From NCBI GenBank assembly GCA_018648805.1, contig JABGQM010000037.1, positions 1-32,000 on the forward strand: a stretch of 32,000 bases of DNA, read 5' to 3'. Shown piece after piece: positions 17,791-26,024 of the stretch. Each line of letters begins with the position of its first letter. Position 1 is the stretch's first letter. The translations under genes were made by a program, and so were the position numbers. The notes under the pieces were generated by a model. It made no database searches. It worked only from the letters and a program-made list of their open reading frames with translations, and was not told the origin of the DNA. This stretch comes from Verrucomicrobiota bacterium (lineage in GTDB: Bacteria > Verrucomicrobiota > Kiritimatiellia > UBA8416 > JABMPJ01).

Positions 17791-18939
17791 TTAGTGGACC
17801 AAGATCGACCAGAGGATACCTGCGGCGATGGCAGAACCGATCACGCCCGCCACGTTGGGCGCCATGGCGTGCATCAGCAGGAAGTTGTCGGGGTCCTCCT
17901 GTTGTCCCACCATCTGGACCACGCGCGCCGAGTCGGGCACGGCCGAGACGCCCGCGGCACCAACCAGCGGATTGATTTTATCCTTCAAGAAGAGGTTCAT
18001 GAACTTGGCGAACAGGACGCCGCCAGCTGTCGCCACACAGAAGGAGGCGGCACCCAAACCGAAGATGCAGAGCGATTGGGGGGTCAGGAAGTTGCTGGCC
18101 TGGGTGCTGGCGCCGACCGAGAAGCCGAGCAGGATGGTAACGATGTCGATCATGGACGTGCGGGCCGTCTGGGCCAAACGCTCGGTCACGCAGCTCTCCT
18201 TGAGCAGGTTGCCGAGGAAGAGCATGCCGAGCAGGGTCATCGCGCCCGGGACAATCAGTGCGCAGATCAGAAAGGCCGCGATCGGGAAGATGATCTTTTC
18301 ACGCTTACCGACCTCGCGGGGCGGCTTCATCCTGATCAAGCGCTCTTTCTTCGTGGTGAGCAGCTTCATGATCGGTGGCTGGATGACCGGTACAAGGGCC
18401 ATATAGGAGTAGGCCGCGATGGCGATCGCACCCAGGAGGTGGGGCGCAAGTTTTGAGGCCAGGAAGATGGACGTCGGGCCGTCGGCGCCACCGATGATTC
18501 CGATCGCGGCGGCTTCCCGGATGCCGAAGTTCAGGCCATCAAACAGGCCGCCCAGGAAGACGGCCCCGATGAGCGTCAGAAAGATGCCGATTTGGGCGGC
18601 GGCCCCGAGCAGGATCAGCTTTGGGTTCGAGAGCATGGTTGAGAAGTCGGTCATGGCGCCGATACCCAAAAAGATGAGCGGCGGGAAGACCCCCTGGCGA
18701 ACACCGAAGTAGATGAAGCTCATCACGCTACCTTCGTCATACACGCCGAGTGCCATGTTGGCCACGAAGGGGATATTGCCGACCACGGCACCAAACCCGA
18801 TGGGTAGGAGCAGGAGCGGCTCGTAGTCCTTGATGATCGCCAGCGAGATGAAGACGATGCCGATCACGATCATGATGGCGTTGCCCCATGTCATCTGGGC
18901 GAAGCCGGTCGTTTCAATGAATTGATAAAGAATGTCCAT
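17791..18939 (-). CDS. oadB: Sodium ion-translocating decarboxylase, beta subunit
   Basis: Multi-TM protein with LLLLPIGFGAVVGNIPF, LIFLGIGAMTDFSTMLSNPKLILLGAAAQIGIF, REAAAIGIIGGADGPTSIFLASKLAPHLLG, FAKFMNLFLKDKINPLVGAAGVSAVPDSARVVQMVGQQEDPDNFLLMHAMAPNVAGVIGSA. Confidence 0.96.
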   Translation of the reverse strand: MDILYQFIETTGFAQMTWGNAIMIVIGIVFISLAIIKDYEPLLLLPIGFGAVVGNIPFVANMALGVYDEGSVMSFIYFGVRQGVFPPLIFLGIGAMTDFSTMLSNPKLILLGAAAQIGIFLTLIGAVFLGGLFDGLNFGIREAAAIGIIGGADGPTSIFLASKLAPHLLGAIAIAAYSYMALVPVIQPPIMKLLTTKKERLIRMKPPREVGKREKIIFPIAAFLICALIVPGAMTLLGMLFLGNLLKESCVTERLAQTARTSMIDIVTILLGFSVGASTQASNFLTPQSLCIFGLGAASFCVATAGGVLFAKFMNLFLKDKINPLVGAAGVSAVPDSARVVQMVGQQEDPDNFLLMHAMAPNVAGVIGSAIAAGILWSILVH

Positions 18940-18961
18940 TTAAATACCTCTGCAGAAAACG

Positions 18962-19219
18962 CTACTCCGGGGAACCATACTTCTCGCGGTAGAGGGCGGC
19001 GGCGATGGCCACGGCCACTCGGTCGTGATCCGTTGCGGCCTTCGTGTCAGAATCAGGGAATACCTTGGCCACGAGCGTCAGCAGGTGTGGCAACGCGGCA
19101 ATAAAGGCACTGATCAGGACCAGCGAGACAAAAACAATGCACATACCAACCGCCGAAACGGCCAGACCGTTGGGTTCCGAGTTCAGGACCCGTTCCCAGC
19201 CTACAGATACACTATTCAT
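18962..19219 (-). CDS. OadG-like gamma subunit of Na+-pumping decarboxylase
   Basis: 85 aa with one TM helix (LAVSAVGMCIVFVSLVLISAFIAAL); positioned immediately upstream of oadB, with Ala-rich tail HDRVAVAIAAALYREKY. Confidence 0.8.
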   Translation of the reverse strand: MNSVSVGWERVLNSEPNGLAVSAVGMCIVFVSLVLISAFIAALPHLLTLVAKVFPDSDTKAATDHDRVAVAIAAALYREKYGSPE

Positions 19220-19411
19220 CCCTACACGCTCCTGTCATATCTTTTCAGTGGAAAGAGATAAGCGGGTGATGGTGCCCATAGTTTAGAGAAAAAGCAAGTA
19301 AAACCACCCGTTTCTGACGATCTCGTCTAGAGCGGCCTAAAATACAGGGATGATGCCGCCTTTTCTGTGCCAAACGATAGGAGGCTGAACAGGCGGCGAG
19401 TGGGGGCGCGG

Positions 19412-21055
19412 CTATTTCTCGCCGGCGAGGGCCTCGGCGATGTTGAGGCCGTGGCTTCTGATCTTGCGGTAGCTTTGCAGCATATCCGCGTACATCAGCC
19501 CACCCAGCGGCGAACACTGACCTTGCTCAAGGCGCGACATATGCAACTTCGAGAAATCCTTGAAGAGGTGGGTAATATGTTGGCCTGAGGTCTCGGCCTT
19601 GCTCAGGATATCGACATTGTCCGCATGGACCGCGGCCGTGATCATGATCATATACTCGGCCACGCTGTCATGCAGAGCCAGCAGGTGTTCGCGGGCCGGT
19701 TCCGAGAAGGTCTCTTCTGAATGGCGCTGCTTGAGGTGGAGCTTCAAGATGGTGGTCAGGTAGTCGCTGATCGATTCGTACTCATCGGCCATGCGGAGCT
19801 GCTTACGGCTCTCCATCGCCACCTCGGCGGGCACGTTGCCTTGTGCCATGGCGGCCAGGAACTCCATGATCTCTTTCTGGACCACATCCAGAACGTTCTC
19901 ACGATGAAACAGCTTGCGCTCCAGCTCCTCGTCCGGTTCGGTGGCGGTCAGTAGGGTGCGTAGCCAGTTGAACATCTTCTCGACGCTCTCGCCCATGCGT
20001 TTGATCTCGTCGAACGACTGTTCCACCCCGAAGGCCGGCGTATCCAGCATGCGTACATCCAGGAAGGTCAGGTGGCGCACCTCCTTGTGCTTCCTGTCGG
20101 GGACGAGGCGTTGCAGCAGGGCGGCAATGGTCTGTACAAAGGGCAGAAAGAGGCAGACGAGAAGAATATTGAAGATGGTATGTGAGATCGCGATCCGCTT
20201 GGCGATATCGAGATCCACGCTGACAAAGCGATTGAGCAGATTCGTGTACCCGAAGAAGAAGATGCTCAGGAGGAAGACGCCAACTGCCTTGATGAGGATA
20301 TGCGCATAGGCCGCACGGCGCGCATAGGTTGCGGTGCCGAGACTGGCCAGGTAGGCCGTGATGGTCGTGCCGATGTTCTGTCCCAGTACCAGCGCCACGG
20401 CCGTGTCGAACTCGATGACACCTGTGCGGGCGAGGGTGATGGTGATAGCAATCGTGGCTGAAGAGGATTGCACGATGGCCGTGACGACCGCCCCTACCGC
20501 AATGCAGCGTAGCACCCCGAGATAATCTTTGGGCTGGAACCTGGAGAACCATGCCACAAAAGCGTCGGCCTCACGCAGCGGCTCGAGGCCCTCTTTCATG
20601 ATCTGCAGGCCGAAGAAGATCATGCCGATGCCCATGATCAGCATGGCGATGTAGCGGATACGGTCGTTCTTGGTAAAGAGGAAGAAGAAACCGGACAGTC
20701 CGAGGACCGGCAGTCCATACTGTAGAATATTGAGCGAGACAATCCACGCGGTGATCGTGGTGCCCAGGTCGGCGCCGAGAATAACCCCGATCGCCTGGGC
20801 CAGGGTCATCACTCCGGCATTCACCAGTCCGACAACCATCACGGTTGTAACTGAGCTGGACTGGATGAGGGCCGTGATGGCGGCGCCGGTCCCGCACGCC
20901 ATCACCCGGTTGTCGGTGACAGCGTTGATCATCCGGCGCAGGCGGCGGCCCGCGATGGCCTGCATGCCATCGGACATGTGCTTCATGCCCATCAGGAAGA
21001 GGCAGAGCCCCCCGATAACGGCAAACACCATCGCAACTGCCATCTGACCATTCAT
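19412..21055 (-). CDS. Na/Pi cotransporter family protein with C-terminal PhoU-like domain
   Basis: FLMGMKHMSDGMQ, GTGAAITALIQSSSVTTVMVVGLVNAG, GVILGADLGTTITAW, AVVTAIVQSSSATIAITITLA, ALVLGQNIGTTITAYLAS; helical PhoU-like C-terminus. Start at MNGQMAV likely; track ORF extends to 21151. Confidence 0.93.
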   Translation of the reverse strand: MNGQMAVAMVFAVIGGLCLFLMGMKHMSDGMQAIAGRRLRRMINAVTDNRVMACGTGAAITALIQSSSVTTVMVVGLVNAGVMTLAQAIGVILGADLGTTITAWIVSLNILQYGLPVLGLSGFFFLFTKNDRIRYIAMLIMGIGMIFFGLQIMKEGLEPLREADAFVAWFSRFQPKDYLGVLRCIAVGAVVTAIVQSSSATIAITITLARTGVIEFDTAVALVLGQNIGTTITAYLASLGTATYARRAAYAHILIKAVGVFLLSIFFFGYTNLLNRFVSVDLDIAKRIAISHTIFNILLVCLFLPFVQTIAALLQRLVPDRKHKEVRHLTFLDVRMLDTPAFGVEQSFDEIKRMGESVEKMFNWLRTLLTATEPDEELERKLFHRENVLDVVQKEIMEFLAAMAQGNVPAEVAMESRKQLRMADEYESISDYLTTILKLHLKQRHSEETFSEPAREHLLALHDSVAEYMIMITAAVHADNVDILSKAETSGQHITHLFKDFSKLHMSRLEQGQCSPLGGLMYADMLQSYRKIRSHGLNIAEALAGEK

Positions 21056-21227
21056 ATGCGGCAAACCCCATGCAAGACAAGTGGTCAGATCGTGCCGGAA
21101 CGGCGCGCTTAACGCAAGAATGAACCCGGCCCGCTCGGCGTGTCCCGCCATAGCCTTTGGCTACGGCGGAAGAGCGGGCCCTACCTGTTTCTTCCCGTTT
21201 CTTCCCGACAGGCCCTGGTAAGGGCAC

Positions 21228-22181
21228 CTAGACCGGGTTGGGCACGAAGTCGCCGCGACAGCTCTTGAGATAGTTCAGGCCACGGACCTGGCCGCTCATC
21301 TCCAGCTTGCCGTTCATGACCGGGTCATGCCAGCCTTCGATATCGATGCAGCCATTAAAGTTCACACGCCGCAGCTCGGTGATGATGTCGGCCCAGTTGC
21401 TGTCGCCGAATCCCGGCGTGCGGTGATAGGCAAAGGCCGGCACGCTCTGGGATGCTCCTGGCAGGGCAATGTCGCCGTGCATTGAGGAATGCACGCCGTA
21501 CTTGCGCACCACGTCCCAGTGCACGCTGGCATCCTTGCCGTGGACGTGGAAGATCTTTGGGGCCCACTCGCGCAATTGCGGCATGGGATCGATCAAGCTC
21601 ACCATCTGGTGACAGGGCTCCCACTCCAACCCCATGTTGTCGGCCGGTACGGCATCGAACATCATCTCCCAGGCGGTCGGGTTGTGGGCTATGTTCCAGT
21701 CGCCGGTCTGCCAGGTGCCGCCCATGTCGCAGTTCTCGAACGCGATGCGTACGCCCTTGCCGGCCGCCCGCTTGGCCAGCGGGGTCCAGATACGCTTGAA
21801 CGCCTTCATGCTTTCATCTATGCGTTTGCCGCGCACGCGCCCAGTGAAACCGGCCACGATATCGCAGTTGAACAAGTGGGCGTTGTCGATACATTGGCGC
21901 CATCCCTTGAGCGTCTCCTTGTCCTTGGCTTCAGATTCGAGTGGATTGCCGAACACGCCCAGCGACGAAATGACGGCATCGGTCCCCTCGAGTACGGCAT
22001 TGACCTCTTTGGCCAGCTTCTTGAAGTTTACTCCCTCACAGGTCTGCCAGAAGGTCAGGCTGAAGGATTCGAAACCATGCGGAAGAATCTGCTGGATATA
22101 CTCCGGCGATTTCATGCCGGCGTTAACCAGTGTGCCAATGCGAATATCGGGCTCGAGTGCGGTGGGGGTCTTGCTCATGCT
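21228..22181 (-). CDS. Sugar phosphate isomerase/epimerase (xylose isomerase-like TIM barrel)
   Basis: GKGVRIAFENCDMGG, NMGLEWEPCHQM, IFHVHGKDAS, GCIDIEGWHDPVMNG. Start at MSKTPTALEP. Confidence 0.88.
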   Translation of the reverse strand, partial: SMSKTPTALEPDIRIGTLVNAGMKSPEYIQQILPHGFESFSLTFWQTCEGVNFKKLAKEVNAVLEGTDAVISSLGVFGNPLESEAKDKETLKGWRQCIDNAHLFNCDIVAGFTGRVRGKRIDESMKAFKRIWTPLAKRAAGKGVRIAFENCDMGGTWQTGDWNIAHNPTAWEMMFDAVPADNMGLEWEPCHQMVSLIDPMPQLREWAPKIFHVHGKDASVHWDVVRKYGVHSSMHGDIALPGASQSVPAFAYHRTPGFGDSNWADIITELRRVNFNGCIDIEGWHDPVMNGKLEMSGQVRGLNYLKSCRGDFVPNPV

Positions 22182-22252
22182 ATTACCAACTCCTTTTTGT
22201 GTTTCGCGCATTAGAGACAAACGCACCGGGGCACACAAGAAGAAACAGTGCT

Positions 22253-23497
22253 TCAGGCCAGATTGTGGCTAGTTGGCTTGACGGCGCGTCCGCTGTTGTT
22301 TGGGCGTGGCGTCAGGAGGAGCCAGTCGATGGCGACCAGGATGCCGAGGATCCCGTAGCAGGCCGGCACGAGATAAAAGGCCGTCGTCAAGTCGCCGCTG
22401 CGATTGCCCAGGGCGCCCATGAGATAGGTGAATACGCCGCAGCCCGGCACACCGGCGCAGGAGAGCAGGATCAGGAGCACGGTCGAATCCGCACCGGGCA
22501 GGCGATCGGTGGCATAGCTCTGGATGCTGGGCCAAAAAGGCGCCGTGGCCACCCCGGCCAGAAAGAGCAAGCCGAAGAACAGCCCGACCGTGTCGGCTGT
22601 TGGCAGGAAGAGGCACACGCCGGTCCCGACCACGGCCGAGCAGACCAGGAGCTGCTTGAGCTGGTGCTGGCGAATCAGGTAGCCCCAACCGATCCGGCCG
22701 AGGACCATGCCCGCCGCGAAAAGGGCGACACCCACGCCGCCGCTCCAGGCCTGCGTGCCGTAGCGTAGTTGGATGTGACTGGCGCTCCAGAAGGTCAGGC
22801 AGAACTCCCCGCCACCCGCCAGAAACATGGCTGCGTAGTAGAGCCAGAAGCGGGGCTCCCGGGCAAGCTTGGCCGCAAACCCCCAGATGTGACTCCAGTG
22901 TGTACGCTCGGTCGCGTCCGGGTAACGCGGCCCGGATCGGCTTCGCCCCAACAACAGAGCGCCGGATAGAAATCCGAGGAATGAAACACAGCCTACCAGG
23001 AGACGCCACGACACCCCCAGTGTCAGGAGAGCGCCGGAAACCAGGACCGTCACCAGAACGCCGACCGACCAGAAGGCATGCGAGAAGTTGATATAGCGGC
23101 CCGGTTCGTCTCCCTGGTGGAGGTCCTGCACGAACGGGGTCACCAACCCCTCGATAACCCCCTCGCCGCATCCGGCCAGGAGGAGGGCCAGAAGCAGCAC
23201 CCCGTAGATCGGGGCAAAGGCGCACAGCAGCATTCCCAGCCCCATGAGCAGCACCGCCACCCCCAGCGACTGGCGCATGCCCCAGTGCCCTGCGGCAAAT
23301 CCGCTCAACAGCATGGTGCCCACCATCGCCACGGTGCGTCCCAAGTGTAGCGCGCCGCCGGCGGTCATGCCGCCGCTCTCGAGAGAGAAGCCGAGATCAC
23401 GTGCCAGCATGACCAACGCCACCGGCACCACGACCGACCCGGATGCGTAGGTAAAGAAGGTCAGAAACGCCGCATAGTCATAGCGACCGAACGACAT
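22253..23497 (-). CDS. Major facilitator superfamily transporter
   Basis: About 12 hydrophobic segments; LSGFAAGHWGMRQSLGVAVLLMGLGMLLCAF, FFGLLFLAGVATAPFWPSIQSYATDRLPG. Start at MSFGRYDYAA likely; track ORF extends to 23569. Confidence 0.88.
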   Translation of the reverse strand: MSFGRYDYAAFLTFFTYASGSVVVPVALVMLARDLGFSLESGGMTAGGALHLGRTVAMVGTMLLSGFAAGHWGMRQSLGVAVLLMGLGMLLCAFAPIYGVLLLALLLAGCGEGVIEGLVTPFVQDLHQGDEPGRYINFSHAFWSVGVLVTVLVSGALLTLGVSWRLLVGCVSFLGFLSGALLLGRSRSGPRYPDATERTHWSHIWGFAAKLAREPRFWLYYAAMFLAGGGEFCLTFWSASHIQLRYGTQAWSGGVGVALFAAGMVLGRIGWGYLIRQHQLKQLLVCSAVVGTGVCLFLPTADTVGLFFGLLFLAGVATAPFWPSIQSYATDRLPGADSTVLLILLSCAGVPGCGVFTYLMGALGNRSGDLTTAFYLVPACYGILGILVAIDWLLLTPRPNNSGRAVKPTSHNLA

Positions 23498-23670
23498 TTT
23501 GCGGGAAGCCGTCACTGGCCCGGTCCCGTGGTGGGGAGGGTCAGAGTGTCTTGGTGTACCATCATGCATGCCTCCCGCGTTTCTTCAGTGTGCAACGAGG
23601 CTAGTGTCGCGACCGGTAACTGTCAATAGACCCGGTTGCCTTTTGCTTCGGGGATCCGTAGAATGGGTTC

Positions 23671-24402
23671 ATGCGAGTCGAAACACTGCGGGCGGGCGAC
23701 AACTTTATCTATGTGCTGGTTGCCGGACAGCGGGCGGCGGTGGTGGATCCGGGTGTGGCGGGACCGGTGCAGGCCTTTCTGGATGCGGAGGGGTTGACGC
23801 TGGAGCTGATCCTGCTGACGCACTATCACGGCGATCACACCGGAGGTGTATCCGCACTGCGGCGTTCGGGTTGTGTCGTGGCGGGTCCGGCTGGCGGCCC
23901 GGTGGCCCTTGACCGGGTGGTCGTTGATGGCGAGGCGCTTGATTTCGGACATAGCGCCATCGAGGTGTTGGACGTGCCGGGGCACACCGCGCATGACACG
24001 GCCTACTGCCTCCCCGATGAGCCGGCCCTCTTCACGGGGGATGTGCTCTTTGCCGGCGGTTGTGGCCGCCTGTTTGGCGGCGATGCCGCGCCAATGTGGA
24101 GGTCGCTCTGCCGTTTGCGGGCGCTGCCCGCTGAGACCCGACTATATGGTGGCCATGACTATACCCTCGATAATCTCGAGTTTGCGGTTCACCTCGAGCC
24201 GGACCATCCCGGCGTGCGGGAGCGCCTGGCCCGGTTCCGTGCCGATCCACACGCCGCCCATCCTTCGACCCTCGCCGAGGAGAAGCGCACCAATCCCTTC
24301 CTGCGCTGTGACGATCCTGCTCTGGCCGCTACGATTGGCATGCCGGGCCGCGACGTGGTCGCCGTCTTCGCCGCCGTGCGCGGCATGAAGGATCGCTGGT
24401 GA
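23671..24402 (+). CDS. MBL-fold metallo-hydrolase (hydroxyacylglutathione hydrolase-like)
   Basis: AAVVDPGVAGP, LTHYHGDHTGG, VLDVPGHTAHDTAY, LFTGDVLFAGGCGRLFGG, LYGGHDYTLDNLEFAVHLEP. Confidence 0.92.
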   Translation: MRVETLRAGDNFIYVLVAGQRAAVVDPGVAGPVQAFLDAEGLTLELILLTHYHGDHTGGVSALRRSGCVVAGPAGGPVALDRVVVDGEALDFGHSAIEVLDVPGHTAHDTAYCLPDEPALFTGDVLFAGGCGRLFGGDAAPMWRSLCRLRALPAETRLYGGHDYTLDNLEFAVHLEPDHPGVRERLARFRADPHAAHPSTLAEEKRTNPFLRCDDPALAATIGMPGRDVVAVFAAVRGMKDRW

Positions 24403-24467
24403 ATCAGCGGGTTGCAGCGCTGGCGCTTCTGCGCTATTTTCTCTACCTGACCATGAGAGGATAAGGC

Positions 24468-25934
24468 ATGCAGGACGCGCTGGCACCGGCGATCGATATG
24501 TTGCTGATCATCTTGACGTTCTTCGTCAAGGTGGGACTTCTGCGCTCTGTGCTGCGTATGGTGGCTAAACACCAGGCCGACACCGGGTTCTTCAAGGCCG
24601 TCATCGTGACCGGCATGATCGCAGGCCTCTATGGCGTGCTCAGTTTCATGCTGCGCGATCCGCTGGGCCCGGTCGCCTTGGCCGCCACGTTCGTTGTGGC
24701 CTTCCTCCTGGTTCGCTTTCTCTGCTGGCTCACCTCGCGCAAGGCACTCTATGTGGCCCTGATCTACAGCACGCTCCTCATCGGGGTGAGCTTTGGGACG
24801 ATGAAGGCGGCCGACTGGGTGAAGCCGGATCGCGTCACGTTTCTCGAAGCCTCCGCCAACGCGAAGGAAGAGCTCTCGCGTATGCGGGTGAGTGAAGGCA
24901 AACCGATCGACTGGGAGTGGCTCTTCGCCACGGCGCTTGACGCGATTGCTCAACTGACCCGCCCCGGTGAAGTGGATCGGATGAACGCCGACATCGAACG
25001 GGGCATGGAGGTCTACCGTGAGCGCAGGCAGCAGATTGATGCGCTGGCGTCAGGGAGTCTGACGGATGGGCAACCGACTGCCTTGGACGCACTCTCGACC
25101 TTGGCAACGGGTGAGGTCGACGATGCCATGTTCAGCAGCGTCATGCTCTCGGATCTGGCATACGGTGCGACCTCAACGCCCCCCGCCTACATCTCCGAGG
25201 CACTTGCCCAAATCAGCTCCAACCTGACAGGCGAGGGCGGCATGGAGGCCCTGGCGGCGCTGATGGCGACCGGTTCGGTTACGACGGCCGCGCTCATGCA
25301 GGATGCCGCCGCATCCGATGGCCGCCGCACGGAAGCGCAGGACAGCAGGGCCATGCTGATTGCAGCGACGAAGAGCATCATGCAGAACATGGGTGTGATA
25401 GAGGGTGCATCCCTGACCAATGCGGCGATCGTGGACGAGGTGGCTGGGCAGCTCGGACATTTTGGGAAACTGGTTGCAGCGAAGCAGCTCGCGTCGCTAC
25501 AGGCGCCCGTGGCGCCCGTGGCGCCTCCGAAGGATATCACAACAGCAGAACCGGGGGCACCGACGGTTGCGGAGGCGCACCCGCCGCCCGTTCAGGTAGC
25601 CACAACGACCGTGACCCGCGCGTCATCCGGTGTGCGCGGGAATGCCGACGTGGCCCGACTGGGCGGGAGCCTGGTTCCCGAGTCGAAATTGGCCCCAGGC
25701 TCCGGCGTGGAGGTCCATCCCTCTTACGCCCTGCTCAAGGTGGATGGGGTGATGCGCGGTGCAGGGGGCCGCAAGATGATCCTGTGTAACGGGAAGATCA
25801 TCTCGGAGGGGCGTAGCGTCACAGTGGATCTCAACGGAACCAATTTCACCTGGCGCCTGGAGGCGGTGCGCAACGGGGTACCCGTGTGGCGACGCCTCGC
25901 GCGGACAGGATCGGACGGCGTTCTGGCCCTCTGA
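24468..25934 (+). CDS. Uncharacterised membrane protein with N-terminal TM segments and conserved-looking C-terminal module
   Basis: 488 aa, uninterrupted; N-terminal TM helices (MLLIILTFFVKVGLL, VALAATFVVAFLLVRFLCWL, LYVALIYSTLLIGVSFG); long Ala/Thr-rich middle; C-term HPSYALLKVDGVMRGAGGRKMILCNGKIISEGRSVTVDLNGTNFTWRLEAV. Confidence 0.7.
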   Translation: MQDALAPAIDMLLIILTFFVKVGLLRSVLRMVAKHQADTGFFKAVIVTGMIAGLYGVLSFMLRDPLGPVALAATFVVAFLLVRFLCWLTSRKALYVALIYSTLLIGVSFGTMKAADWVKPDRVTFLEASANAKEELSRMRVSEGKPIDWEWLFATALDAIAQLTRPGEVDRMNADIERGMEVYRERRQQIDALASGSLTDGQPTALDALSTLATGEVDDAMFSSVMLSDLAYGATSTPPAYISEALAQISSNLTGEGGMEALAALMATGSVTTAALMQDAAASDGRRTEAQDSRAMLIAATKSIMQNMGVIEGASLTNAAIVDEVAGQLGHFGKLVAAKQLASLQAPVAPVAPPKDITTAEPGAPTVAEAHPPPVQVATTTVTRASSGVRGNADVARLGGSLVPESKLAPGSGVEVHPSYALLKVDGVMRGAGGRKMILCNGKIISEGRSVTVDLNGTNFTWRLEAVRNGVPVWRRLARTGSDGVLAL

Positions 25935-26024
25935 CTGCTTTTATTCCACCTCCCCTTGTGGGATTCTCTGTGGTGCGCTAACTTGTAAAAGGAATGGGCA
26001 ACCGCCCAAACAGGAGAGTGATCG

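Noticed and set aside
17725-18456. 243-aa + strand ORF within oadB/oadA region
   Set aside because: Antisense to strongly supported OadB; composition typical of a shadow frame.
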